Assembly (NCBI GenBank): GCA_010093995.1
Contig: ML992502.1
Span: 2,240,728-2,304,727, forward strand
Direction: 5' to 3'
DNA: 64,000 nt
Source: Elsinoe ampelina
Lineage: Eukaryota
The notes under the pieces are model-generated. The model had not been told where the DNA came from. It saw only the letters and a program-made list of their open reading frames with translations, and did no database searches. A program made the translations under genes and the position numbers. Positions 36,508-48,114 of the stretch are shown here, piece by piece; position 1 is the stretch's first letter; each line of letters opens with the position of its first letter.

Positions 36508-39500
36508 ATGGTAGTAGTATCCCACACTCCGCCGTCACTGGCTGGACAGCTCGAAATATTCCACACCACAGATCCTCTATTATACAATTCGCCCATCGTC
36601 GTCTTCTTCGGGCAAGCAGCCAGCGTAGTTCATTCGAGCTCTCGTATACAAGTCCACGTCTACACTCCTGCTGGTCTCGAATCCTACACCAGACTTTCAA
36701 TCTCACCAAATTCGCCCTACTACGCTGCAGTGAACGCCCTCCCGCGCGAAGAGCAAGGTGATGAGGTCTGCCGCGGCATCGCATATGCACTCTCCAAATA
36801 CTTCACCGAATTGCCTCCGAAAGTCAAGGAATGCTGGACAACTCAGGCATCCATGACCAAACGGCCCAACGCTCCATTTGGACTCTTCAGTCCGACCCAC
36901 GTCGCAGTCCTGGCTAGTAGGCTGGCTCGGGTGGAGAACGTGGAGGAAGTTGTGAAAACCGTGCAAAGAGCTCTGGGGGAACAACGGACATCATGGCTAG
37001 ACGTGGACATTGTCCTTCCACCGGGCACAATTCAGGCAATTGCTGATGACGAACTTGAAGACCTGGACGATGAAGGGATATGCAGACGCAAGTATGGCAG
37101 GTACGCCCCTATCATATCAGCCCTTGGAGAGCCCTCATTCCTGCCCACCTCAAAGATGCGAAGGGCAGCCTCAAAACCGACCACTATTGGCAGAAGTAAC
37201 ACATTCCGTCCTGGACAGAAAGAGATCATACGAAAAGAGATGTGTGAGCTTGTGGATACAGAGGCAAACTATGTTCAGAAGCTTCTCGAACTACATGACA
37301 ACATCAGCACGGAGCTCAGATCCAAAGTCATCAATGCACCTGAGACTAAGCATATCCGGGAATCATTGGACGGTCTCTTTCCCGAATCGCTCAAGCTCAT
37401 TTTGGAGAAGAACGCATCATTCCTAAAAGACATTCAAGCAGCTCTGGACGCTACTGAGGAATCGGCCATGATTGCCATCGAAGCAGACGAAGATGCCGGA
37501 TACGTTGAAAAGGATGGCTCGGACTCTGGAGACGTTGTCGGTATCACCATCCTCGCCAAAACCCTTCTGAAGCACCTTCCTGATTTTGAAACCGTGTATG
37601 CTGCTTACATGTCGGCGAACGCAGCATTCCCGACGTTACTCAAAGGCTTGATGAAGAACGCAAACTCAGATCTGGTCCAAGCTGTACACGATATCGGCGA
37701 GCAACGGTTGACGTCCTTGCTTATCGAGCCTGTTCAGAGACTACCAAGGTATACACTTTACATCGACACCATCTCTAAACAACTGCCCATAGGCCACCCA
37801 GCACTGGTCACATTGCTGAAGGCGCGTGACGTGGTTACGAACATATGCCTCTCCGATGGTGGCGAACTCAAGAACGAAGACGTTGAGCAGAGGCTGTCGA
37901 CTTTGATCGAAGAGTTTACGCTCTCTGACAGTCCTCATACTCGATTGGTTACGATGGTGGATGTGATGGAATGGGATGCGCCCTTCAACATCGACGACAG
38001 ATCAGGTCGGCAAGGTGTCTTCATTGTATTCACCGACAGAGTCATCTTCGCCGAGAAGAAGTCTACGAAAGCCTTTTCTGCACGAGCTTTGCAGACTGAA
38101 GCCGAAAAGCCAAAGTCCATGGACACCGAGATGTCTAGAACACAGCCGAAGAATCTTAGAGTCACCTTCGAGGTTCATATCCGGGATTGCAACATCACCG
38201 AAGCTGTGGACGACAGAGCAATTACTATCTACACGAAGACGTCGAGTCGAACTTCAGAGCCGTTGGCACCAGCTTCGTTCCTTTTGGAAGGCTCCTATGC
38301 TGGGAAGGCGTCTCGACTCGCGGAGGAGCTTGTCAAGGCTCGACTTGAAGGTCGCTTTGCGGAAAATGTACGAGAGAGGCCAACTTGGGAGGTTCGGAGT
38401 GCTGTTGGTGGCAACAATAACGACGTTTCTTTGTTTTCGGCTGTATTTGAGCACGGCCAGAAGGCTGGCCCAGCAGGTCATCTCCGCATTGAGATCGATC
38501 TCAAGAGTCAACAGGCATCTTCGAGGGTCGAGGCAGGCGTCGATACTCTCCTTCGCTTGTCTCCGGGTGGCAATACTTTCTGTTCCCTGGCTGTTGACAG
38601 TGTATATGGAGCGTTGAACCGGGAGAAGGTTGCGTTGACGGACCTGACATCGTCAATCGCTCGGCGCAGTAAGCCCTATAGCTCATATGCAATAGTCATA
38701 TTACTAACATCATCCAGTCACCCCGATCCTGCAAGCTCAATTGTCCATGAAGGAGTCGCCATTCTCCTCATCCTTGGTGACCAAGAACAGGAACATTCTT
38801 GAGTCTCTTGACCTGACATTCGCCATCGACTCACCAGACCCTGTTGTGGTTCCTAAGTCACCGGTCAAGTCTGCCCGCCCGATCTCGCCTGTGAAGACAC
38901 TTTCAAGTTTCCTTGCCAACAAGACCAACACTGCAAATACTCAACCCGGTAGGAAGCTGGAGTCACCTTTCACTGCAGTACCAAACCTGCAGCCAAAGCC
39001 AGCTTCGCAGTTGCCGAAGCCAGGAAGCCGAGATAGCAGCAGGCCTTCTTCCAAGGATGAGCCTTCTTTCGTGTCCGAGCCAATCGAGCCTATCAAAGAA
39101 CGGGTGAATCCCTTCAAACGTCTCGAGGACATACTTTCAACTTATCTTCTAGCTATTCAGGCTCGGAAAGGAAATGTTGTTGGGCGTGTCCTCAAAGCAC
39201 GAGCCAATGCAGACCAAGTGCAGGTGAATGAGCTGTACAATTCACTCTTGGAAGATCCCAACATGATGGTCCTGGCCGCTCAGGCTTCGGTGGATGTTCT
39301 CTTCGCGGCTTTTGAGAAGTTCTTACACGTCGCTTGGGCAGAGAGACTTGGTGCAATCATCGACAAGGCCACATTGGTGAAAATACAGAAAGAAGCGGAA
39401 GCTCGATTTCCAATCGACTTCGAGGCATTCTTCTTGGACTGCTACCAAGACATGACACCACAAAATCAAAGAGCTTTGAAAGGCATTGTTAAGCTCCTGG

Positions 39501-41113
39501 CCGAGCTGCTCGAGGGCACTGGAAATGATGGGGATCGAGGCATCCTGACGGCGGCCTTCACGGAGCTCCTGGTGCCAGGCGAAGATCCGCACTCGTACAT
39601 CTCTCTGATGGATAGGTTCGTCGAAGACATCGAGGGTCTCTTTGGTGAAGCCGGTCCTTCGCCAAGCATAGATTCTGTCATGAGTCCACGACTTGGCCAC
39701 GGACGTTCAAAGTCTGTCAACACCGGATCACTCAATTCTAACACTTCCTCGCTTCGCCGCAAGTTCGGCTTTGGTGCGAGCGTCTCTCGAGAGAACAGTA
39801 AATCTGAGCATGAGTCCAAGGTTGGATCGGTGTGGCGATCCTTGAGCAAGAACAAGCACGGAAGTGAGCCGTCGACCCCTCGAGGCACAATTCAGCGCAC
39901 AAAATCCACCGATTCAGATAGTCGGCCGCCTATCAGGAGACCCGCATCATCAGATCGACCTGCCACTCTGGGTTCCTTCGCATTTGAGCGTCCGGCAAGT
40001 CAAGATAGCAGCTACCTGCTTGGCTCGCCATTGTCGACTATTGGTGAGAACACTGCTGGGACTCCTGCGACAGGCCACGCGAAGAAGAAGAGACGTAGCT
40101 CGTTGTCTGATCTGAGCCTGCTCCAGAGTCCTCGCTCTTCTCCTGTAAGGACACCAGCCTCGACGCGCCTCCCACAGATCGAGGGAAGTCAACGGGAGTC
40201 CTCTAGTCCAACTAGAATGTCATCGCCAACACGCAATCCGCCAAGGTCTCGATTGCCGTCATCGTTCCGCAAGGAGAACTCCCCAGCTGTCCTTCCTCCG
40301 CCTAATTCGGTCCTCCCACGGCCTAGGGCGACAAGTAAACAGCCCGACGAAGTCACGATCACCGCTTATACGCCAACAAAGACTACGTCGACGACAGTCC
40401 GCCCTTCGTCAGCCTCGAAGAACACTTCTGCGCCACCACGCGTCGGCCTATCTGAGAAGCCGTCCGCTAATGCGATGAAGATCAAGCCATCTCCATCGCC
40501 CGACAAGGCCACCGTGACGAGCCCGACTGCGCTTCCGACGCCGACAAAGAAGCTTCGTATTCAGTCACCACAAAGGATACGTGAACGGCTGCAATCGGAG
40601 CAGCGTGAGCTCCAGCAGACTTCTTCGATGCTGCAGGATGAGCTATCTAAGATTGGCGACGAGATCGCTACTCTTGGGCCACCCCGCATCAATGGCCGTC
40701 CGGCGAGTGTGCGCATTCCGAAGACAGCAGGCACATCTAATGCTAGCCCGTCGGCGATCGACCTGGCGAAGAAGTTGAACGAGGTTTCCACGAGTGTGAG
40801 CAGTACCCTATCAACACTGCAGGAGCAGAACAAGGCGCTGTCTGAAGATACACTGACTGCTCTCACGACGGCCGAGAGCCGCACAAAGAGATTAGACGAG
40901 CTGTATCGAGAAGCGAATGCGGAGAACGAAGCGTTGTACAAGCGCTTCAACGAGGAACTCGGTAAGGTGGTCAAGGCGGTACGAGGAGGTGACGGCGTGG
41001 AGGAGATGAAGAGGCGAATGAAGGGGATGGAGGAGGAGATGGAAGGGCTGAGGCGCGAGCGGGCTCGGCTACGAAGAGAAGTCGTCGGCCTCAGAGGCCG
41101 GCTTGGGGACTAG
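36508..41113 (+). CDS. Large Dbl-homology Rho guanine nucleotide exchange factor (Gef2/Bud3-like, orthology unresolved)
   Basis: DH signatures MCELVDTEANYV and SLLIEPVQRLPRYTLYI, a PH-like region, intron 38669-38717 joining the two long ORFs, and a C-terminal coiled coil. Confidence 0.88.
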
Positions 41114-41290
41114 AATCCGGCGAGAGAGACGGTCGGATGGAAGAAGGATGTGAGAGATGAACACGAAGGATAGACTAACGCATCACGCTGTATGATTAGA
41201 CACGCATTTAGGAAAGGGCGATTGGGTTCATGTACAGTATCTTACAGAACAGGATTATACTACAGCTCGCTATGCATCAAATACGACAGC

Positions 41291-42508
41291 TCAGGCCCGT
41301 GCCTCCACATTCCCCATCTCACTGCTCTCCACAATCGTCGTCGTCTGCGCCTCGGGAAACGGACTCTGCCTCTCCTTCCTTCTCTCCAACGTCCCGGTCA
41401 CAACCTCCTCCTCCTCCCCCTCCTTCCTCGACCTATTCAGCATCCCCGTCCACAAACTCTCCAAATCCAACGCGCCCCTCCTCTCCTCCGTCATCAACTG
41501 CACCACAACCCTACACCCCTTCACCTCCGTCCTGAACCCCACAAACCCCTCCTGCCCTGCATCCCCTCCCTCCTCCTCCTCCGCAGGTAACACCCCACCC
41601 TCCACCTCCCCGACATTCACACACACCCACCCGGTCCTAATCCCCTCATCCACGTCCCCTGCCCCCGTCGCCTTCGCCCCGACAGCCGACAGCAGTCGGG
41701 ACCTCTTCGCCTTGCGCTTCATCTTCAACTTGAGCTCATTCCGTCCCAGCAGTCCGTCCGCGAAGGGGCGCAGGCCGTGATCCGTGCGTAGCCAGCGACA
41801 GAGCCGGTCCGCGGAGACGTGCAGGTGTTTTTCCGAGCGGGACGTGGCGAGGATCATGAGGAGGTTGGAGCCGAGGGCGGCGGGGGGGTCGAGGGGGCGG
41901 AGGTCCAGGAGGGAGAGGTCGTCTTGGCCGAGGGTGAGGGAGAGGTGGGTGAGGAGGGGGGAGAGGAGGGGGGGTGGGGAGGGGGGTAGAGGGGGGAGGG
42001 GGTGTGTGGTGGAGGGGCCAAGGGGGGAGGGGGAGATGGTGGGTTGGAGGTACCATGGTAGGGACGGGTCGGTGGGTGAAGGAGGAGATGGTTCGGTGGG
42101 TGAAGGAGGAGATGGTTCGGTGGGTATAGGAGGAGATGGGTCGGTGGTCGGTGGTGAGGCCGAGAGGGGGTCGTTTATGGGGGAGTCTGTGGCGGCATTT
42201 GAGGTGGGACCGGCGGTGGCGTCTGAGGATGACACGGTCATTGATGTGCCGTCGGATTCATCCTGGAGACCACGACTTGTTGAGTGTTCGACATCGAAAG
42301 GACTGTCTCCGAATTCATCCTTTGCTTTCGTGCCTAATGAACGGTATCGCCCAAGTATATTTGATGGCGATCTAGAAATTTGTGTTTGTTGCCACGATGC
42401 TCGGACAGCACGCACTTCAGCGCGTGATGCTGCGATGTAGGTTCGGATGGCATATCCAGAGCACAAAATGGGACTCAAAGTTGAGCCACAGATGTGTCGC
42501 GCGGCCAT
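41291..42508 (-). CDS. ATP25: Mitochondrial ATP25 (RsfS/DUF143-like half only)
   Basis: PWYLQ, LDLRPLDPPAALGSNLLMILATSRSEKHLHVSADRLCRWLR, DGLLGRNELKLK, GWVCVNVG, VVVQLMTEERR..LESLW, and an Arg-rich presequence-like N-terminus. Confidence 0.88.
   Translation of the reverse strand: MAARHICGSTLSPILCSGYAIRTYIAASRAEVRAVRASWQQTQISRSPSNILGRYRSLGTKAKDEFGDSPFDVEHSTSRGLQDESDGTSMTVSSSDATAGPTSNAATDSPINDPLSASPPTTDPSPPIPTEPSPPSPTEPSPPSPTDPSLPWYLQPTISPSPLGPSTTHPLPPLPPSPPPLLSPLLTHLSLTLGQDDLSLLDLRPLDPPAALGSNLLMILATSRSEKHLHVSADRLCRWLRTDHGLRPFADGLLGRNELKLKMKRKAKRSRLLSAVGAKATGAGDVDEGIRTGWVCVNVGEVEGGVLPAEEEEGGDAGQEGFVGFRTEVKGCRVVVQLMTEERRGALDLESLWTGMLNRSRKEGEEEEVVTGTLERRKERQSPFPEAQTTTIVESSEMGNVEARA
42061..42155 (-). 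repeat. 24-bp coding minisatellite (about 4 copies) encoding PT(E/D)PSPP(S/I) in ATP25
   Basis: Plus-strand unit approximately GGAGATGGTTCGGTGGGTGAAGGA, repeated in tandem. Confidence 0.85.
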
Positions 42509-42735
42509 GGTTGCGTTGATAGATCGTGAACTTTTTTTCCGAAGCTCCATCGAATTCACATGCCGCTGTCGGAAGCTCCCGATCGTGCATCCGGTCCGTT
42601 CTCCAGTCTTGGCGCCGGCAGCGGGCGACCTCGGCTCTTGGTGATGCCCAAACGACCATGTCGTGATGTTTCCTTCGCCGTCTCCACGATCTTCCACACC
42701 CTTCCCCACAACCGGTCTCCTTCCCTCTTCACCTC

Positions 42736-45525
42736 ATGGGCAGAGCTCCATCCAAGCCTGAATCAAACATGCAGACAATACCGATCATACCGCTGGGCCC
42801 GTCTGCTGTGCTCCTCCCTGGTGTGACGCTCCGCATACCCCTCCAACGCCGCAACGACATCGCCGCTGTCCTCGCCAACATCTACAGTAAAGCTAGCACC
42901 CCACGACCTGATGCCACTGCCGTTACCGTAGGATGTGTGCCCATCAACTCGCCATACCTCAGCCCGGACGGGAGGAAGCTTATCGATGACGGCTCAAAAC
43001 AACCAAAGCAAGAGTACCCGGCGGACCCGTCGCAGGCTACAGCCAAGGACCTCTTCAAGTATGGCACCCTTGCTAAGGTCTCGGGTGTACAGGGTAGGAG
43101 AAGGGGTGAGCTGGCTCTGGTAGTTGAGGGCGTCAGTAGGTTCACGGTGGAGAAGGTTGAGAAAGAGAAGCCATATTTCGAAGCGCAGGTCACTGTCCAT
43201 GAAGAGCAGGAAGTCAACGAGCTGGATAAGGAAGCCCGAGAACTGTTCGCACAGCTGAAGCAGCTTTCGAGAGAGCTGCTGGCCCTTGTAAGGCTATCGT
43301 CGCTTCTTCCATCTGGTCAGACCACGAATCTATCCCCACTTCTTGCTCGCCGGCTCGAATTGTACATCGTGAGGAAGGACCTACAGGAAGCCGGCGTGCT
43401 TGCAGATTTCATGGCGAACGTCATCGACTGTAAACACGAAGAGAAGCTTCAAATACTGGCCGCTATTCCCATCAAGCAGCGTCTCGAGAGAGCCATTGAG
43501 GTCCTGCAGAGAAACGTATCTAGCATTCACTGCGCAAATCGGGGCATGACAATCACGACTATCATGCAGGACGATAACTCTTCTGGCAATGATAATCTGG
43601 CCAAGCTCAGACAACAAGCTCTCCTGAATAGAATGCGTGGCGGCAATCAGGGCGGGATGGGTGGAGCGGGTGGCGGGCAGGAACAGGATGAGCCAAATGA
43701 GATCGACGAGCTCAGGAAGAGATTAGACGATGCGAAGCTCAGCGTGGAAGCACAAAAGGTGGCAGACCGGGAGCTCAAGAGATTGCAGAAGATGAATCCT
43801 GCGCAGGCGGAGTACGGTGTCTGTCGTACCTACCTAGAGAACCTTTCCGAGATACCCTGGACCCGCGTGACGGACGACAAGCTGGATGCGAGCACACTCT
43901 CCAGAGCACGGAAGCAATTGGACGACGATCACTATGGTCTCGAACGTATCAAGAAGCGGCTACTGGAGTACCTCGCCGTCCTCAAGCTCAAGCAGGGCGT
44001 CAATGCCAACCTGCAAAGCCAGATCGCAAAGATCCAGCAGGAAGCTTCTGATGTAGCCGAGAAAGAGAAAGAGGGTGTAGACCCCAAGGAGATTATCAAG
44101 CAGCCATCACAGTCCGTCGAGGAGCTCAAGATTTTGCAATCGAAACGCCTGGTAGACAAATCTCCAATCCTCCTCCTTGTTGGTCCACCTGGCACAGGCA
44201 AGACCTCGCTGGCGAAATCGGTTGCTACAGCATTGGGACGGAAGTTCCATCGCATTTCATTAGGCGGCGTGCGGGACGAGGCGGAGATTAGGGGCCATCG
44301 CCGGACGTACGTGGCTGCCATGCCAGGTCTAGTAGTCAACGGCCTCAAGAAGGTCGGCGTGGCCAACCCGGTATTCCTGCTTGACGAGATCGACAAGGTC
44401 GGCACATCCTCCTTCCATGGTGACCCGTCGGCGGCCATGTTGGAAGTACTGGATCCCGAGCAGAACCACACATTCGTCGACCACTACGTCAACATTCCTA
44501 TCGATCTCTCCAAGGTCTTGTTCATAGCCACTGCCAACAGTCTTGACACCATCCCGCCACCGCTACTTGACCGTATGGAGACTATCGAACTCTCCGGCTA
44601 CACTACGATCGAGAAGAGACATATCGCTACGCGGCATCTTCTCCCGAAGCAAGTCACTATGAATGGTCTTGGTGCCGCTGACATCTCCATCGCACCCGAG
44701 GTGCTCGAGAAGATCATCACATCGTACACACGCGAAGCAGGCGTACGGAATCTCGAGCGCGAGATCGGGTCCGTCTGCCGAGCCAAAGCCGTCCAGTATG
44801 CAGACTCACAAGACGCAACCACCACAGCGTCCTACTCACCTGTCGTCCGCGAAGAAGATCTCGAAGACATCCTCGGCGTCGAGCGCTTCGAGGAAGAGCT
44901 TGCCGCATCCGACTCCCGGCCCGGCATCGTCACCGGTCTCGTGGCATACTCAGGCGGCGCCCAAGGCAGCATCCTCTTCATCGAAGTCGTCGACGTCGTC
45001 GGCTCCGGCGGCGTCAAACTCACTGGCAAGCTCGGCGACGTGCTCAAGGAGAGCGTCGAGGTCGCGCTCACGTGGGTGAAGGCGCACGCGTATGAGCTGG
45101 CGCTCACGCACGATCCGGCCGAGGACATCATGAAGAATCGCTCTGTTCACGTTCACTGCCCGTCCGGCGCCATTCCCAAGGATGGTCCGTCGGCGGGTCT
45201 GGCGCACACGGTTGCGCTGGTGAGTCTCTTCTCTGGCAAGAGTATCCCGCCTACGTTGGCTATGACGGGAGAGGTCAGTCTGCGGGGCAAAGTCATGCCG
45301 GTGGGTGGTATCAAGGAGAAGATGATCGGTGCACTACGGGCGGGTGTCAAGAAGGTGCTCCTGCCCAATGCGAACAAGAAGGACATCAAAGACTTGCCGA
45401 TCGAGGTCAAGGAGGGCTTGGAGATTGTGCACGTTGGACACATTTGGGAGGCGCTCAGGCAGGTGTGGCCGGATGCGCACTGGCCCGGAGAGCGCAGTTG
45501 GAGTGGGCTTGAGAGCAGACTGTAA
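42736..45525 (+). CDS. LONP2: Peroxisomal Lon protease (LONP2/PLN)
   Basis: LON N-domain (VLLPG), [24 protein letters not shown] catalytic Ser, VGGIKEK, and C-terminal PTS1 -SRL. Confidence 0.96.
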   Translation: MGRAPSKPESNMQTIPIIPLGPSAVLLPGVTLRIPLQRRNDIAAVLANIYSKASTPRPDATAVTVGCVPINSPYLSPDGRKLIDDGSKQPKQEYPADPSQATAKDLFKYGTLAKVSGVQGRRRGELALVVEGVSRFTVEKVEKEKPYFEAQVTVHEEQEVNELDKEARELFAQLKQLSRELLALVRLSSLLPSGQTTNLSPLLARRLELYIVRKDLQEAGVLADFMANVIDCKHEEKLQILAAIPIKQRLERAIEVLQRNVSSIHCANRGMTITTIMQDDNSSGNDNLAKLRQQALLNRMRGGNQGGMGGAGGGQEQDEPNEIDELRKRLDDAKLSVEAQKVADRELKRLQKMNPAQAEYGVCRTYLENLSEIPWTRVTDDKLDASTLSRARKQLDDDHYGLERIKKRLLEYLAVLKLKQGVNANLQSQIAKIQQEASDVAEKEKEGVDPKEIIKQPSQSVEELKILQSKRLVDKSPILLLVGPPGTGKTSLAKSVATALGRKFHRISLGGVRDEAEIRGHRRTYVAAMPGLVVNGLKKVGVANPVFLLDEIDKVGTSSFHGDPSAAMLEVLDPEQNHTFVDHYVNIPIDLSKVLFIATANSLDTIPPPLLDRMETIELSGYTTIEKRHIATRHLLPKQVTMNGLGAADISIAPEVLEKIITSYTREAGVRNLEREIGSVCRAKAVQYADSQDATTTASYSPVVREEDLEDILGVERFEEELAASDSRPGIVTGLVAYSGGAQGSILFIEVVDVVGSGGVKLTGKLGDVLKESVEVALTWVKAHAYELALTHDPAEDIMKNRSVHVHCPSGAIPKDGPSAGLAHTVALVSLFSGKSIPPTLAMTGEVSLRGKVMPVGGIKEKMIGALRAGVKKVLLPNANKKDIKDLPIEVKEGLEIVHVGHIWEALRQVWPDAHWPGERSWSGLESRL

Positions 45526-46093
45526 ATAATGTGACGTTTTGTCTTCTTGTAGATTGTAGAATAGAGCGATAGGCAATTCTGACGCGTCGCCAACCAGCTC
45601 AATAGTGGGCTTTCGTGGCATGAATGAGTAGTGCTAGTGAGACACCTCGTGAATGGGCGAAGAAACCAAAGTGTATCGGCATCATTGTGCCTGCACTCGC
45701 CTTGCTTTTCCTACAACTCACTTGCGAAAATCGCTCACTGCCTAGCGGGCCGGTACAAGCCGTCAGAGACGTGCGAGTCTTCTGCCACAGAGTTCAAGGC
45801 TAGTCTACCTGCCAGCCGGCTCAACGTATCAGGACGCCCCATGCCAGCTGGGTGCCAATCTCCTGAGGCCCCGCCAGCAAAGTGTATGCCGGAAGCAAGC
45901 TCGCGCGCCAGCTCGTGCCAGGTTTAGCGCGCAGAGTGGGCTTACGTTGCTGCCTCCACCGAGTACTACCAGTTCCCCCTTGCCGATTTTCTCCGCCAGC
46001 TATTCTCTGGCGTACCCTGTCACTCCGTCACTCGTCGGTCAGTTTCTTGCATACCAATACCATTCAAGACACCTTCCCCAGGCCACAGGCACA

Positions 46094-47296
46094 ATGGAAG
46101 ATCAAGCACGTACCTTCATTTGGCCTAATGAATCCGAAGACCCAGCCGACTGGACGGCTGCTGGCGTGCGCAAATGTTTGTGTACACGCAGCTCTCCGGT
46201 GCGCGGTTTCTTCATGCTCTACTTCAATTTCACCGCCGATGAGATCGAGGATGCGTCGAGAATCGCCTGGCAGTATCTCGTCTCCTCCGACGTGATGAAT
46301 CTAAATCCGCCTCATGCCTTGGTTGGACAAGGAGCGAAGCTACAGAACAGAAAGAAGGTTGAGACACAGCTCCTGGCGGATTATCCTGACACCTTTGTCC
46401 GACGCCATGGTGCACACCCGCCCGAATGGTTTGGCATGAACTTGAAATCAACAGGGCCTACAGTTGACCTCGAGTGCGCGATGCAGAGGTTCTTCCTGCT
46501 GGCGCGTCAGATCGCGACTGGGAATTTGAGCAGAAAACGAGACAGGGGGTCATACTTGCGGGACGAGCGCTCCGACCGTCCAATAGCTAGCAAGAAACGG
46601 CTGACAAGGGATCTGCGGCCAGATAGTCACGGCACTGATCAGCAGATGCGACAGAGTTCGATCGCTTCCGGCAGCATGTTTGCGACACCGTCTGCCCGAA
46701 GCTCCACGGCGACGAGCAATCGCGATGCCGCATCGGATATATCACGACATCCTCCCACCAACCTCTACAGTTCCGCGTCTACTGGCGCAGAAGATGTACA
46801 GCGAGAGCCATCCCCTACACCATCCGTTGTGTGTGTCGAAGAATCAAAGCAAACACTGAGAGCCGCGCTGGGGTTCAGAGGTGGATCACGTTCGTCCAGT
46901 GGCCACACTTCTGACCTACACGGTCCTGATCCATCGACAATCATCAAGCTCATCGAGGTCATTCCAACCGCAAGTGACGGACTGTACTTCGACCAAGTCA
47001 AGCTCACCATGTTGTCCGAGATCAATGGGCTCGAGGATTTGCTTAATCTATTCAATAGCAGGCATAAGCGCCAGACGCTCTTCTGGTTCACCACGCTACA
47101 AGGTCGTGCTCCCTCCGAGATATCGAATGATCAGGACGTACGCATGGCTTTGCGAAAGCTCTATCGCCAGTCACCGTCGGAGAATGAGGAGCTCCCCATT
47201 AACATTTTCTGCGCGAGAGATCCGCTTGTGCTCAAAAGGGTGCCCAACGCGTATCGTGGTAAATATTTGCTATTGAAAGTGGACCTTGGTTGCTGA
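46094..47296 (+). CDS. Orphan family member, module A + basic/Ser-rich linker + module B
   Basis: Intronless, CACAATGG start. Module A motifs PADWT, AWQYL, PPEWF, DLECAMQRF. Module B motifs FWFTT..ISNDQDVRMALRKLY..INIFC..VPNAYRG. Confidence 0.8.
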   Translation: MEDQARTFIWPNESEDPADWTAAGVRKCLCTRSSPVRGFFMLYFNFTADEIEDASRIAWQYLVSSDVMNLNPPHALVGQGAKLQNRKKVETQLLADYPDTFVRRHGAHPPEWFGMNLKSTGPTVDLECAMQRFFLLARQIATGNLSRKRDRGSYLRDERSDRPIASKKRLTRDLRPDSHGTDQQMRQSSIASGSMFATPSARSSTATSNRDAASDISRHPPTNLYSSASTGAEDVQREPSPTPSVVCVEESKQTLRAALGFRGGSRSSSGHTSDLHGPDPSTIIKLIEVIPTASDGLYFDQVKLTMLSEINGLEDLLNLFNSRHKRQTLFWFTTLQGRAPSEISNDQDVRMALRKLYRQSPSENEELPINIFCARDPLVLKRVPNAYRGKYLLLKVDLGC

Positions 47297-48114
47297 CTTG
47301 CCTAACAGAACCTGCGATCGAGATTCCACTCGAAACACGGATCGCCCTTGACAACGCGTAGATTCGTCCAGAAAGAGGAAGCATGGCAGTTTCCAGGATA
47401 CACTTGATCACACTTGAAGAGCCCGGACTCAACCAGATATCGTGTTATAGCCAGCTTCGGCCAAAAGTAGTTTGATGGGGGCGGAGTAGTACTAGAGGTC
47501 TCAAATTATTGAAGCATGTGTCATCGCCTGGTAGTTTCCCATCTGATCTTCATCAATTCCCTGACGCGTGACACATAGTATAAGTACCCTGAAGAACAGG
47601 ATCCGCCTCAGCACGTATGCAGAGTATGCATCACATGAAGGTGCGCGGGTCCATTGGCAGCCTCCATAGACTGCCAGAGATGATCGTTCGATCAATGGGA
47701 AAAGTGCGATCCAAGACACCAGAGTCGCCGAGCAAGCCACGGCTGTGAGCGTAATGCCGCTCGATTCGATGATTGGTCACGCCCGCGACCGGAGGACTAG
47801 AGCGCGATAGAGTTTCGAGCAGATTACGGAAGCCGCTAACACAGGCTCCCTCAAATCTGCAGCTGCTACAGTGCACCGGCTCGCATGTTGGCCGTAGGCC
47901 AGCTGGCTTGTTCGATCTCTTGACGCGCCTGCTACTGGCTGGCAGGCAGGTGCTGCGGCCGCAACCTTGCTCTGGCTTGATAAGAGTGCAAAAAGGACGC
48001 ATGTCTCGCAAATCTCGACGTTATTCCGCATGCACAGCTCCACCTCAATTTTCGATCAATTCCTACCAGCTCCACGGCAAGCCTTTTCTGAGCGGCAGCG
48101 CCTTCACCAACATC

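Noticed and set aside
41784..42440. 218-aa Gly/Arg-rich plus-strand ORF
   Set aside because: Antisense to ATP25 and explained by its low-complexity repeat.
42629..42634. CCTCGG/CCGAGG FarA/FarB-type sites upstream of LONP2 (also near 23357 and 54964)
   Set aside because: Biologically plausible, but single 6-mers are expected by chance in 64 kb and cannot be supported without conservation data.
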